From Balanoglossus misakiensis (lineage: Eukaryota > Animalia > Hemichordata): a stretch of DNA of 64,000 nt. Shown here one piece after another: positions 1 to 13,055 of this stretch. The stretch lies in contig CM082577.2 in assembly GCA_040954595.2 (NCBI GenBank), positions 19,132,303 through 19,196,302 of the forward strand. Direction: 5' to 3'. Positions within the stretch are counted from its first letter, which is position 1. Each line of letters starts with the position of its first letter. The position numbers were made by a program, and so were the translations under genes. Under the pieces are notes generated by a model. That model had not been told where the DNA came from. It worked only from the letters and a program-made list of their open reading frames with translations, and did not search any database.

Positions 1-294
1 ATACAACGATAATATACGAAAACAAAATCCGTCACGATCTTCCCTGGTTCAAGCAACTAATGAATACGTATCAAGTTCGTTTTTGAGGTCACGGAATAAA
101 AAGCCTTAGGCTTTTGAAATTTGACCTAGCTAATTTGCATATCAATGGCGTCAGGGGGCGCGCGCTCACAATCGTGCAGATTTTCAACTAGTTACCAGCC
201 CCTTGTTAGACTCTGAAAACGGCTTAGTCCAAATCGGGGTGTAATGTCCTGCAAAGGCCCATAGCAACGGGCAAAAAGATCCCGGGGACCCATC
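1..294. mobile_element. Right end of the 795-bp TTAA MITE (cut by window start)
   Basis: Ends ...CCCGGGGACCCATC|TTAA. Confidence 0.9.
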
Positions 295-395
295 TTAAAG
301 CAATAGGTACATTTTAAGTATACCTAAATAGTACCTATTTAGTCCGGGAAAGTATACCTTAGGTATATTTCTAGTGTACTTGAATTTCGTAAGGG

Positions 396-692
396 TGTTC
401 CTGCACACCACCCTATTGCTGCACAATTCCTGCACAGGCTACCCTATTGCTGCACAGTGCCTGCACACAGGCCATCTTACTACTGCACAGTTCTTGCAGA
501 CTGTCCTATTCCTGCACAGTTACCGCTTGCCTTGTTCCTGCACTAGTGCAGCAACACCTCATTTGCATGCGAAAAAGTCGCCTTGCAGCAGAGCTGCAGC
601 AACTTTCTATTGCACCGGTGCTGCAACCTTGTGGTATTGCTACTGCACCAGTGCAGCAACACTGTGCAGGAGGCCTTAAATTTTCATAAGGG
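396..692. repeat. TGCA-rich subrepeat element ending AATTTTCATAAGGG (in every unit except U12); probable DNA-transposon end
   Basis: Many short CCTGCACA/GCTGCAC/TGCAGC units in both orientations. The terminus resembles that of the adjacent GTAC-rich element. Confidence 0.55.
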
Positions 693-900
693 ATATAGGT
701 ATGAACATAATTAATGTTTGAATATGATACTAGAAATGTACAGTACACTGATACACTGATCAGCTGACCTTTTGTTTACGCATACGCCATTGCTCCGTTC
801 TCGATCTGTCTCCGAGTCTGAATTTTTCGCACCTATAGATTTTAAAGATTTTTGAAGTCTGCAAATTCACTGGCATTGACAAAACTATAACATAATAAGT

Positions 901-997
901 ATAATGTACGCCCCATAATGTACTCGGCATTCGCCTCGCACATTATGTTGCACAATGTGTGCTTTCGTCCATTATGGGTCTTCGGGGCGTACATTAT
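901..997. repeat. Nested inverted-repeat element (every unit)
   Basis: ATAATGTACGCCCC (901-914) pairs with GGGGCGTACATTAT (984-997), and CCCATAATG (912-920) with CATTATGGG (970-978). Confidence 0.8.
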
Positions 998-1021
998 TCT
1001 CTAACCAATGATCATTGCTCA

Positions 1022-1180
<159 letters not shown>

Positions 1181-1372
1181 CTTAAAATACCATGGAATCA
1201 TAGAACAATGAACTCACTGTGTTGTAATGTCCATTTTCTCTTTTGGTGATTTTTTTATCAAAGTGTCACACACCCCAGCATGCAAGAAATTTCTCAATAT
1301 ATATACTGCTATCGCAGCAAAACATACCACTACTTTTGAAGTACTAGTATAATAACATAGACAGTTACCTAC

Positions 1373-1500
1373 CTGGTCAGACTAGGCAGTCAATCCAGGC
1401 ATATGACTGTGTTGTTCATCTGGGCTAGTTAAGGACTGATTTCATCCATCTGCAGGATGTGAGTGGCTCTCTTAATAGCTCTCTGTTGTAGGGAATGAAG
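1373..1500 (-). pseudogene. SMG1: SMG1 pseudo-exon A (U1), region just upstream of the kinase domain
   Basis: Reads LHSLQQRAIKRATHILQMDEISP*LAQMNNTVI/(frameshift)MPGLTA*SDQ, versus recalled human SMG1 [36 protein letters not shown]. Pyrimidine-rich acceptor ...ccctcaacag and donor gtaggt. Confidence 0.88.
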
Positions 1501-1685
1501 CTGTTGAGGGTAAAGTAGAGAACACATCGTCAAGTGATTTGGCTTACAGACTGACCAACACAGAGGTGGACAAGGGTGTTATGTCCATGAAAATCTACCT
1601 AAATATGTACATTCGCAATGGCAGAATTCATGAATGTTCCTGCAAACATCTTCAAAGAGCTACCTTGACTACCCAGTGACATTAA

Positions 1686-2318
1686 CCCTTTGAACCCCGC
1701 TCAGAGGTTTACCGCCGCAGGATGACCTTTTGACCCCTAATTTTTCAATATGCTGACGTCAAGGCATTTTCCCGCCGACATTGTAAATCCAGCCATATGA
1801 AAGCAAGTTAGAAAGCTAGGGGACCCTAATGTGACCTTCCAAATGACTTGAAATCGATTCCTATGCGAGCGACTACATAAAAAATAGTGATATCCAAGCA
1901 GCGATTTTTAGCGAAAGTTGACAGAGATTTAAAAATTGCGACCCGACGACAGTTACGCAATGATCCATTGCAAGACGAGGATGCTTTCTGGGCTCATTTT
2001 GACCGAGTACTAGTAGATAGTAGCTCAGAAAGTGAAGATGAAGAACAAGACCAGCCTGACATCGTTACGGACCAAGATGGTGACCCCAACCGCGCGAACG
2101 ATGAAGAAGAATTTGAGCCAGAGCCCGCGATCCAGCTACCCCCACCAGTTCGGCAACGAGTGAGAACACTGCCCTGTGCCCGCGAAGGAAACCCACCACC
2201 TATGATATGGCAGGGCAACATAATAAACGGTAGGCAGGCTCCTATTTATAATCAACGACGTGGACCGACGAGACAAATGCCAGCTGACAGTACACCATTA
2301 GATTATTTTCGGACATAA
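1686..2318 (+). mobile_element. piggyBac 5' end with truncated transposase N-terminus (U1)
   Basis: TTAA at 1682-1685 is followed by CCC, the piggyBac terminus. The ORF has an acidic low-complexity N-terminus (DSSSESEDEE) followed by W...GP...TPLDYF, typical of the start of the piggyBac/PGBD transposase core, and then breaks off. No right TIR was found. Confidence 0.8.
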
Positions 2319-2574
2319 AGTCATCGTCATCGTCGTGTCGTGTCACAATCATTATTTTGGACATATGCTTACTGTGTGATGAAAGGTGAGAGCGCAGTCA
2401 AAAGGTCGGGCTGAATAATACAGAGACTCTGAAAATATTGTACCTTATTCTTATCAAACACGTTGATGGATATTTTGACAATTGTGACATGTGAACATTT
2501 ACAAAAAAATGAAATAAATTTGCTTCAAACTCTTTGGCAAAACAAGGACATGGAGTTGCTGTATATTTGTTATT

Positions 2575-2939
2575 ATTGTGATATATAGGTGAGAAATATA
2601 TTGGAAAATGTCTTCATTACAAAAATATGTCGTGAAATTATTGACTAGCAAGAACCATGTGTATATGTATGGCCAAGGGGAAATTTTTAACTTCTAGTTC
2701 TGAACATTAAAGTTATTGCGCAGGCTACTGTAACCACATTCAAATAATACATACAATTGTGATATATAGGTGAGAAATATATTGGAAAATGTCTTCATTA
2801 CAAAAATATATCGTGAAATTATTGACTAGCAAGAACCATGTGTATATGTATGGCCAAGGGGAAATTTTTAACTTCTAGTTCTGAACATTAAAGTTATTGC
2901 GCAGGCTACTGTAACCACATTCAAATAATACATACAATT
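2575..2939 (+). repeat. 181-bp tandem duplication (also in U2, U13 and U15)
   Basis: GATATATAGGTGAG.. begins at 2580 and again at 2761. Confidence 0.95.
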
Positions 2940-3323
2940 TTCTGTTACACCAGTGCTTTGACCTTACAGTAATTAATTACTACTACACAGGTCAGGAACA
3001 CTGAGAAGGCGGCCTTAAATTATGCATTTGGTATTGGTACATTTCAAATATATCTAAATTGTACCAATTTTAGTCTAGAAATATGTATACCTTAGGTAGT
3101 TTTTGTTTTCAAACAAATGGTTCATTAGGTATACCTAAATTATGGTTCATTTGGTATACCTATTTATGGCAAAACGACCAAATCCAAGATTTTTTTTCCA
3201 ACCTATTGAGGCATTTCAGGAATACCTAAATAGTACCTTTTCAATCGAAAAAGTATACCTTTGGTATACCAATTAGTAAATTTAAAGACCAAATCTGGAC
3301 TACCTAAGGTAGCCCTTTTTTAA

Positions 3324-4118
3324 GATGGGTCCCCGGGATCTTTTTGCCCGTTGCTATGGGCCTTTATAGGACACTACACTCAATTTTGATCGAAACCGTT
3401 ATGAACGTCCGACAAGGGGCTTGTAACTAGTTAAAAATACACACGATTGTGTGCACACCCCCTGTCCGAGTATGTTTACGGCAGCTACCGCCCGGCCATA
3501 GGCCGCCACGCTAATACGGCAAAGCAGCGGTCAGTGATAGCGTGCGCGTCCTGTAACCACAGTAACTGGATCGAACACTAAAAATCCAATGTTTTGTACA
3601 AAGAGATTTTGTACCGTTCACGAAAATCCCTAAGGCTTTTTTCATAGGCCACGTACGCCAGTCAAATTTGATCTGCTTGTTGAGAACGCACTTCCGCACA
3701 GTGTGACGGATCGTTTTTTCGGTTTTCGTCGTGCTAAGAAGCGATACCGGTGGAAGAGTGCGTCCAGAAACACCCAAAATCGATGACTTTTTCTGGTGTG
3801 GTACGGGTATGCTGAAATCGTAGGATACAACGATAATATTTGAAAACAAAATCCGTCACGATCTTCCCTGGTTCAAGCAACTAATGAATACGTATCAAGT
3901 TCGTTTTTGAGGTCACGGAATAAAAAGCCTTAGGCTTTTGAAATTTGACCTAGCTAATTTGCATATCAATGGCGTCAGAGGGCGCGCGCTCACAATCGTG
4001 CAGATTTTCAACTAGTTACCAGCCCCTTGTTAGACTCTGAAAACGGCTTAGTCCAAATCGGGGTGTAATGTCCTGTAAAGGCCAATAGCAACGGGCAAAA
4101 AGATCCCGGGGACCCATC
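3324..4118. mobile_element. 795-bp non-autonomous TIR element (MITE-795), TTAA TSD, Kolobok-like
   Basis: TIR GATGGGTCCCCGGGATCTTTTTGCCCGTTGCTAT..., imperfect out to about 140 bp. TTAA on both sides; empty site CCCTTTT-TTAA-AGCAA in other units. RR..YY termini fit Kolobok rather than piggyBac (CC..GG). Confidence 0.9.
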
Positions 4119-4845
4119 TTAAAGCAATAGGTACATTTTAAGTATACCTAAATAGTACCTATTTAGTCCGGGAAAGTATACCTTAGGTATATTTCTAGTG
4201 TACTAGAATTTCGTAAGGGTGTTCCTGCACACCACCCTATTGCTGCACAATTCCTGCACAGGCTACCCTATTGCTGCACAGTTCCTGCACACAGGCCATC
4301 TTACTACTGCACAGTTCTTGCAGACTGTCCTATTCCTGCACAGTTACCGCTTGCCTTGTTCCTGCACTAGTGCAGCAACACCTCATTTGCATGCGAAAAA
4401 GTCGCCTTGCAGCAGAGCTGCAGCAACTTTCTATTGCACCGGTGCTGCAACCTTGTGGTATTGCTACTGCACCAGTGCAGCAACACTGTGCAGGAGGCCT
4501 TAAATTTTCATAAGGGATATAGGTATGCACATAATTAATGTTTGAATATGATACTAGAAATGTACAGTACACTGATACACTGATCAGCTGACCTTTTGTT
4601 TACGCATACGCCATTGCTCCGTTCTCGATCTGTCTGCGAGTCTGAATTTTTCGCACCTATAGATTTTAAAGATTTTTGAAGTCTGCAAATTCACTGGCAT
4701 TGACAAAACTATAACATAATAAGTATAATGTACGCCCCATAATGTACTCGGCATTCGCCTCGCACATTATGTTGCACAATGTGTGCTTTCGTCCATTATG
4801 GGTCTTCGGGGCGTACATTATTCTCTAACCAATGATCATTGCTCA

Positions 4846-5321
<476 letters not shown>

Positions 5322-5506
5322 CTGTTGAGGGTAAAGTAGAGAACACATCGTCAAGTGATTTGGCTTACAGACTGACCAACACAGAGGTGGACAAGGGTGT
5401 TATGTCCATGAAAATCTTCCTAAATATGTACATTCGCAATGGCAGAATTCATGAATGTTCCTGCAAACATCTTCAAAGAGCTACCTTGACTACCCAGTGA
5501 CATTAA

Positions 5507-6134
5507 CCCTTTGAACCCCGCTCAGAGGTTTACCGCCGCAGGATGACCTTTTGACCCCTAATTTTTCAATATGCTGACGTCAAGGCATTTTCCCGCCGAC
5601 ATTGTAAATCCAGCCATATGAAAGCAAGTTAGAAAGCTAGGGGACCCTAATGTGACCTTCCAAATGACTTGAAATCGATTCCTATGCGAGCGACTACATA
5701 AAAAATAGTGATATCCAAGCAGCGATTTTTAGCGAAAGTTGACAGAGAAAATTGCGACCCGACGACAGTTACGCAATGATCCATTGCAAGACGAGGATGC
5801 TTTCTGGGCTCATTTTGACCGAGTACTAGTAGATAGTAGCTCAGAAAGTGAAGATGAAGAACAAGACCAGCCTGATATCGTTACGGACCAAGATGGTGAC
5901 CCCAACCGCGCGAACGATGCAGAAGAATTTGAGCCAGAGCCCGCGATCCAGCTACCCCCACCAGTTCGGCAACGAGTGAGAACACTGCCCTGTGCCCGCG
6001 AAGGAAACCCACCACATATGATATGGCAGGGCAACATAATAAACGGTAGGCAGGCTCCTATTTATAATCAACGACGTGGACCGACGAGACAAATGCCAGC
6101 TGACAGTACACCATTAGATTATTTTCGGACATAA
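5507..6134 (+). mobile_element. piggyBac 5' fragment (U2)
   Basis: Copy of the U1 fragment with a small deletion upstream of the ATT-GCG pseudo-start. Confidence 0.78.
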
Positions 6135-6263
6135 AGTCATCGTCATCGTCGTGTCGTGTCGTGTCACAATCATTATTTTGGACATATGCTTACTGTGTGA
6201 TGAAAGGTGAGAGCGCAGTCAAAAGGTCGGGCTGAATAATACAGAGACTCTGAAAATATTGTA

Positions 6264-7074
6264 CAGTAGACCCTCGCTAAGTCGCGCCTCAATAAGTCGC
6301 GGTTTCGGCTAAGTCGCGGGTTACAGTATAGCTCCCATTATTTTCTTTGTTTTTCCCCCGACATTTTGCTTTGTCGGCCACATCTCAAAATGTTTCAGTA
6401 ATTTTGTATTTCTTTGCGCGCGGCCGATCGACTGAGGCGCATCACCAGGGCCAATAAAGGTGTGAACGTGTTGCGGTATGTCAAAATGATCGAACATGTC
6501 AATCACGGGAGTTGACAAAATACGCAATAAAGTGGTGTCGCGGTTTGCCTTTGACGGTACGGCCAAACAATTAACGGTGAATTTGATTAAACGTGTGATG
6601 CCAATTTTCACGATTTCTTGGCGGCACGTCTTTGCAAGAGCGCTATAAAATGTCCAAGCAATTGGAATGGTTATCATTCTGACCTCACGTTTCGAACTGA
6701 GCAGTATGTCTAAGCGAAAGTTGGCCAGCGTTTCCGTCCGCGAGAAACTTTCAGCGATCGAGCGAGTCAAGAACGGCGTCGCGAAAGCGAAGGTTGCACG
6801 TGATTTGGGTGTAGGCGAGTCCATTATCCGAGGGTGGATGAAGACCGAGGAAAAGCTGCGACAGTTTGTTTTCGAAGTCGACGAGGAGGCGGGGCTTAGC
6901 AGAAAACGGGCGAAACATGTAATGGTTACATAAACAGAAGTACGTTATCGCGTTTTCAGTCAATACCCCCCCCCCCCATCCCCCTTTTCATGGCCCCTCG
7001 TTAAGTCGCGGCCCTCGCTAAGTCGCGGTTTTCCCGATGGACCCCGCCACCCGCGACTTAGCGAGGGTCTACTG
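6264..7074 (+). mobile_element. Internally deleted pogo/Tigger (Tc1/mariner) DNA transposon, 811 bp, single copy
   Basis: Perfect TIR CAGTAGACCCTCGCTAAGTCGCG / CGCGACTTAGCGAGGGTCTACTG, TA target duplication (empty site ATATTGTACCT in other units), subterminal TAAGTCGCG repeats and a CENP-B-type HTH remnant. Confidence 0.93.
6706..6933 (+). pseudogene. Truncated pogo/Tigger transposase, CENP-B N-terminal HTH DNA-binding domain only
   Basis: MSKRKLASVSVREKLSAIERVKNGVAKAKVARDLGVGESIIRGWMK...SRKRAK fits the KRK..S..EK..I......G.....VAR..GVG.S.I..W.K pattern. No DDE domain follows. Confidence 0.85.
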
Positions 7075-7957
7075 TACCTTATTCTTATCAAACACGTTGA
7101 TGGATATTTTGACAATTGTGACATGTGAACATTTACAAAAAAATGAAATAAATTTGCTTCAAACTCTTTGGCAAAACAAGGACATGGAGTTGCTGTATAT
7201 TTGTTATTATTGTGATATATAGGTGAGAAATATATTGGAAAATGTCTTCATTACAAAAATATGTCGTGAAATTATTGACTAGCAAGAACCATGTGTATAT
7301 GTATGGCCAAGGGGAAATTTTTAACTTCTAGTTCTGAACATTAAAGTTATTGCGCAGGCTACTGTAACCACATTCAAATAATACATACAATTGTGATATA
7401 TAGGTGAGAAATATATTGGAAAATGTCTTCATTACAAAAATATGTCGTGAAATTATTGACTAGCAAGAACCATGTGTATATGTATGGCCAAGGGGAAATT
7501 TTTAACTTCTAGTTCTGAACATTAAAGTTATTGCGCAGGCTACTGTAACCACATTCAAATAATACATACAATTTTCTGTTACACCAGTGCTTTGACCTTA
7601 CAGTAATTAATTACTACTACACAGGTCAGGAACACTGAGAAGGCGGCCTTAAATTATGCATTTGGTATTGGTACATTTCAAATATATCTAAATTGTACCA
7701 ATTTTAGTCTAGAAATATGTATACCTTAGGTAGTTTTTGTTTTCAAACAAATGGTTCATTAGGTATACCTAAATTATGGTTCATTTGGTATACCTATTTA
7801 TGGCAAAACGACCAAATCCAAGATTTTTTTTCCAACCTATTGAGGCATTTCAGGAATACCTAAATAGTACCTTTTCAATCGAAAAAGTATACTTTTGGTA
7901 TACCAATTAGTAAATTTAAAGACCAAATCTGGACTACCTAAGGTAGCCCTTTTTTAA

Positions 7958-8752
7958 GATGGGTCCCCGGGATCTTTTTGCCCGTTGCTATGGGCCTTTA
8001 TAGGACACTACACTCAATTTTGATCGAAACCGTTATGAACGTCCGACAAGGGGCTTGTAACTAGTTAAAAATACACACGATTGTGTGCACACCCCCTGTC
8101 CGAGTATGTTTACGGCAGCTACCGCCCGGCCATAGGCCGCCACGCTAATACGGCAAAGCAGCGGTCAGTGATAGCGTGCGCGTCCTGTAACCACAGTAAC
8201 TGGATCGAACACTAAAAATCCAATGTTTTGTACAAAGAGATTTTGTACCGTTCACGAAAATCCCTAAGGCTTTTTTCATAGGCCACGTACGCCAGTTAAA
8301 TTTGATCTGCTTGTTGAGAACGCACTTCCGCACAGTGTGACGGATCGTTTTTTCGGTTTTCGTCGTGCTAAGAAGCGATACCGGTGGAAGAGTACGTCCA
8401 GAAACACCCAAAATCGATGACTTTTTCTGGTGTGGTACGGGTATGCTGAAATCGTAGGATACAACGATAATATTTGAAAACAAAATCCGTCACGATCTTC
8501 CCTGGTTCAAGCAACTAATGAATACGTATCAAGTTCGTTTTTGAGGTCACGGAATAAAAAGCCTTAGGCTTTTGAAATTTGACCTAGCTAATTTGCATAT
8601 CAATGGCGTCAGAGGGCGCGCGCTCACAATCGTGCAGATTTTCAACTAGTTACCAGCCCCTTGTTAGACTCTGAAAACGGCTTAGTCCAAATCGGGGTGT
8701 AATGTCCTGTAAAGGCCAATAGCAACGGGCAAAAAGATCCCGGGGACCCATC
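7958..8752. mobile_element. MITE-795 copy (U2)
   Basis: Same TIRs, TSD and site. Confidence 0.9.
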
Positions 8753-9482
8753 TTAAAGCAATAGGTACATTTTAAGTATACCTAAATAGTACCTATTTAG
8801 TCCGGGAAAGTATACCTTAGGTATATTTCTAGTGTACTAGAATTTCGTAAGGGTGTTCCTGCACACCACCCTATTGCTGCACAATTCCTGCACAGGCTAC
8901 CCTATTGCTGCACAGGTCCTGCACACAGGCCATCTTACTACTGCACAGTTCTTGCAGACTGTCCTATTCCTGCACAGTTACCGCTTGCCTTGTTCCTGCA
9001 CTAGTGCAGCAACACCTCATTTGCATGCGAAAAAGTCGCCTTGCAGCAGAGCTGCAGCAACTTTCTATTGCACCGGTGCTGCAACCTTGTGGTATTGCTA
9101 CTGCACCAGTGCAGCAACACTGTGCAGGAGGCCTTAAATTTTCATAAGGGCTATAGGTATGCACATAATTAATGATGTTTGAATATGATACTAGAAATGT
9201 ACAGTACACTGATACACTGATCAGCTGACCTTTTGTTTACGCATACGCCATTGCTCCGTTCTCGATCTGTCTCCGAGTCTGAATTTTTCGCACCTATAGA
9301 TTTTAAAGATTTTTGAAGTCTGCAAATTCACTGGCATTGACAAAACTATAACATAATAAGTATAATGTACGCCCCATAATGTACTCGGCATTCGCCTAGC
9401 ACATTATGTTCCACAATGTGTGCTTTCGTCCATTATGGGTCTTCGGGGCGTACATTATTCTCTAACCAATGATCATTGCTCA

Positions 9483-9962
<480 letters not shown>

Positions 9963-10141
9963 CTGTTGAGGGTAAAGTAGAGAACACAAGTGATTTGGCT
10001 TACAGACTGACCAACACAGACGTGGACAAGGGTGTTATGTCCATGAAAATCTACCTAAATATGTACATTCGCAATGGCAGAATTCATGAATGTTCCTGCA
10101 AACATCTTCAAAGAGCTACCTTGACTACCCAGTGACATTAA

Positions 10142-10264
10142 CCCTTTGAACCCCGCTCGGAGGTTTACCGCCGCAGGATGACCTTTTGACCCCTAATTTT
10201 TCAATATGCTGACGTCAAGGCATTTTCCCGCCGACATTGTAAATCCAGCCATATGAAAGCAAGT
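10142..10264 (+). mobile_element. piggyBac 5' terminus only, 513-bp deletion allele (U3)
   Basis: Junction aaagcAAGTcatcgt removes the transposase fragment. Confidence 0.75.
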
Positions 10265-11466
10265 CATCGTCATCGTCGTGTCGTGTCACAATCATTATTT
10301 TGGACATATGCTTACTGTGTGATGAAAGGTGAGAGCGCAGTCAAAAGGTCGGGCTGAATAATACAGAGACTCTGAAAATATTGTACCTTATTCTTATCAA
10401 ACACGTTGATGGATATTTTGACAATTGTGACATGTGAACATTTACAAAAAAATGAAATAAATTTGCTTCAAACTCTTTGGCAAAACAAGGACATGGAGTT
10501 GCTGTATATTTGTTATTATTGTGATATATAGGTGAGAAATATATTGGAAAATGTCTTCATTACAAAAATATGTCGTGAAATTATTGACTAGCAAGAACCA
10601 TGTGTATATGTATGGCCAAGGGGAAATTTTTAACTTCTAGTTCTGAACGTTAACGTTATTGCGCAGGCTACTGTAACCACATTCAAATAATACATACAAT
10701 TTTCTGTTGCACCAGTGCTTTGACCTTACAGTAATTAATTACTACTACACAGGTCAGGAACACTGAGAAGGCGGCCTTACATTATGCATTTGGTATTGGT
10801 ACATTTCGGATATATCTAAATTGTACCAATTTTAGTCTAGAAATATGTATACCTTAGGTAGCTTTTGTTTTCAAACAAATGGTTCATTAGGTATACCTAA
10901 ATTATGGTTCATTTGGTATACCTATTTATGGCAAAACGACCAAATCCAAGATTTTTTTTCCAACCGAATGAGGCATTTCAGGAATACCTAAATAGTACCT
11001 TTTCAATCGAAAAAGTATACTTTTGGTATACCAATTAGTAAATTTAAAGACCAAATCTGGACTACCTAAGGTAGCCCTTTTTTAAAGCAATAGGTACATT
11101 TTAAGTATACCTAAATAGTACCTATTTAGTCCGGGAAAGTATACCTTAGGTATATTTCTAGTGTACTAGAATTTCGTAAGGGTGTTCCTGCACACCACCC
11201 TATTGCTGCACAATTCCTGCACAGGCTACCCTATTGCTGCACAGTTCCTGCACACAGGCCATCTTACTACTGCACAGTTCTTGCAGACTGTCCTATTCCT
11301 GCACAGTTACTGCTTGCCTTGTTCCTGCACTAGTGCAGCAACACCTCATTTGCATGTGAAAAAGTCGCCTTGCAGCAGAGCTGCAGCAACTTTCTATTGC
11401 ACCGGTGCTGCAACCTTGTGGTATTGCTACTGCACCAGTGCAGCAACACTGTGCAGGAGGCCTTAA

Positions 11467-12042
11467 AGGTCCCATGTCATGCTTTGGAAAGTTTTCATTT
11501 TTCCACGTCAAAAGCTCACCTAGGGTACCTGTCTATGCATTGCCTATTGTGTCGGTTCCGAAAAATGTGCGCAAATGCCGGAATTTGCCCCCTTTTTTCA
11601 TGCCTGTGATCAGGGAGCCACTTCGCACTCGAGCCAGGCGAAGGTATTTGCATATGGACAAACAAGTACACTATGTCGTAGTGTACCATTCTGTTTACAG
11701 TAAAGTGTAATTAGCGGTCCATGAGTAATTAAGTCCACAGACAAAGACAAGCTATATAAACAGTGTTCAAAGCAAAGGAAGCCCTTGCCTCACATTGCAG
11801 GCAGAGGATTTACAAAGGTGTGAAAGACTATTTGTCCACATCAAGATAAGTCTTCGGCTTAACTTCGAAAAGCCGAAAAAAATCGACTGAGTTGGGTTAG
11901 GGGTACACGCCCACCCGCCACTTTTACTTGCTTGTTATCTAAGCACAAGGGGCAAAACGCATTGCAAGATAGTAACATACGTTAACTTCAAGACCCAAAT
12001 AGTGATTTTACGCGTGGTTGTATAGGGCATGGCATGGGACCT
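11467..12042. mobile_element. 576-bp non-autonomous TIR element (MITE-576), TTAA TSD, Kolobok-like
   Basis: TIR AGGTCCCATGTCATGC / GCATGGCATGGGACCT with TTAA on both sides; empty site GGCC-TTAA-ATTTTC elsewhere; AG..CT termini. Confidence 0.9.
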
Positions 12043-12391
12043 TTAAATTTTCATAAGGGCTATAGGTATGCACATAATTAATGATGTTTGAATATGATAC
12101 TAGAAATGTACAGTACACTGATACACTGATCAGCTGACCTTTTGTTTACGCATACGCCATTGCTCCGTTCTCGATCTGTCTCCGAGTCTGAATTTTTCGC
12201 ACCTATAGATTTTAAAGATTTTTGAAGTCTGCAAATTCACTGGCATTGACAAAACTATAACATAACAAGTATAATGTACGCCCCATAATGTACTCGGCAT
12301 TCGCCTCGCACATTATGTTGCACAATGTGTGCTTTCGTCCATTATGGGTCTTCGGGGCGTACATTATTCTCTAACCAATGATCATTGCTCA

Positions 12392-12870
<479 letters not shown>

Positions 12871-13055
12871 CTGTTGAGGGTAAAGTAGAGAACACATCGT
12901 CAAGTGATTTGGCTTACAGACTGACCAACACACACGTGGACAAGGGTGTTATGTCCATGAAAATCTACCTAAATATGTACATTCGCAATGGCAGAATTCA
13001 TGAATGTTCCTGCAAACATCTTCAAAGAGCTACCTTGACTACCCAGTGACATTAA

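Noticed and set aside
374-748. Cys/His-rich short ORFs on both strands (metallothionein- or toxin-like look)
   Set aside because: Produced by TGCA-rich DNA subrepeats. They overlap in three frames, mostly have non-ATG starts and are frameshifted in C-type units.
1662-1681. Possible remnant of a third SMG1 exon (..TGG GTA GTC AAG|gtagct on the minus strand) cut by the piggyBac
   Set aside because: Too short and too poor a match to support by eye; needs alignment to the parental gene.
3511-3849. 112-aa and 62-aa minus-strand ORFs inside MITE-795
   Set aside because: No transposase or other motif recognised; they lie inside a non-autonomous element.
6321-6963. 167-aa and 70-aa minus-strand ORFs in the pogo element
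   Set aside because: Antisense to the real HTH remnant.
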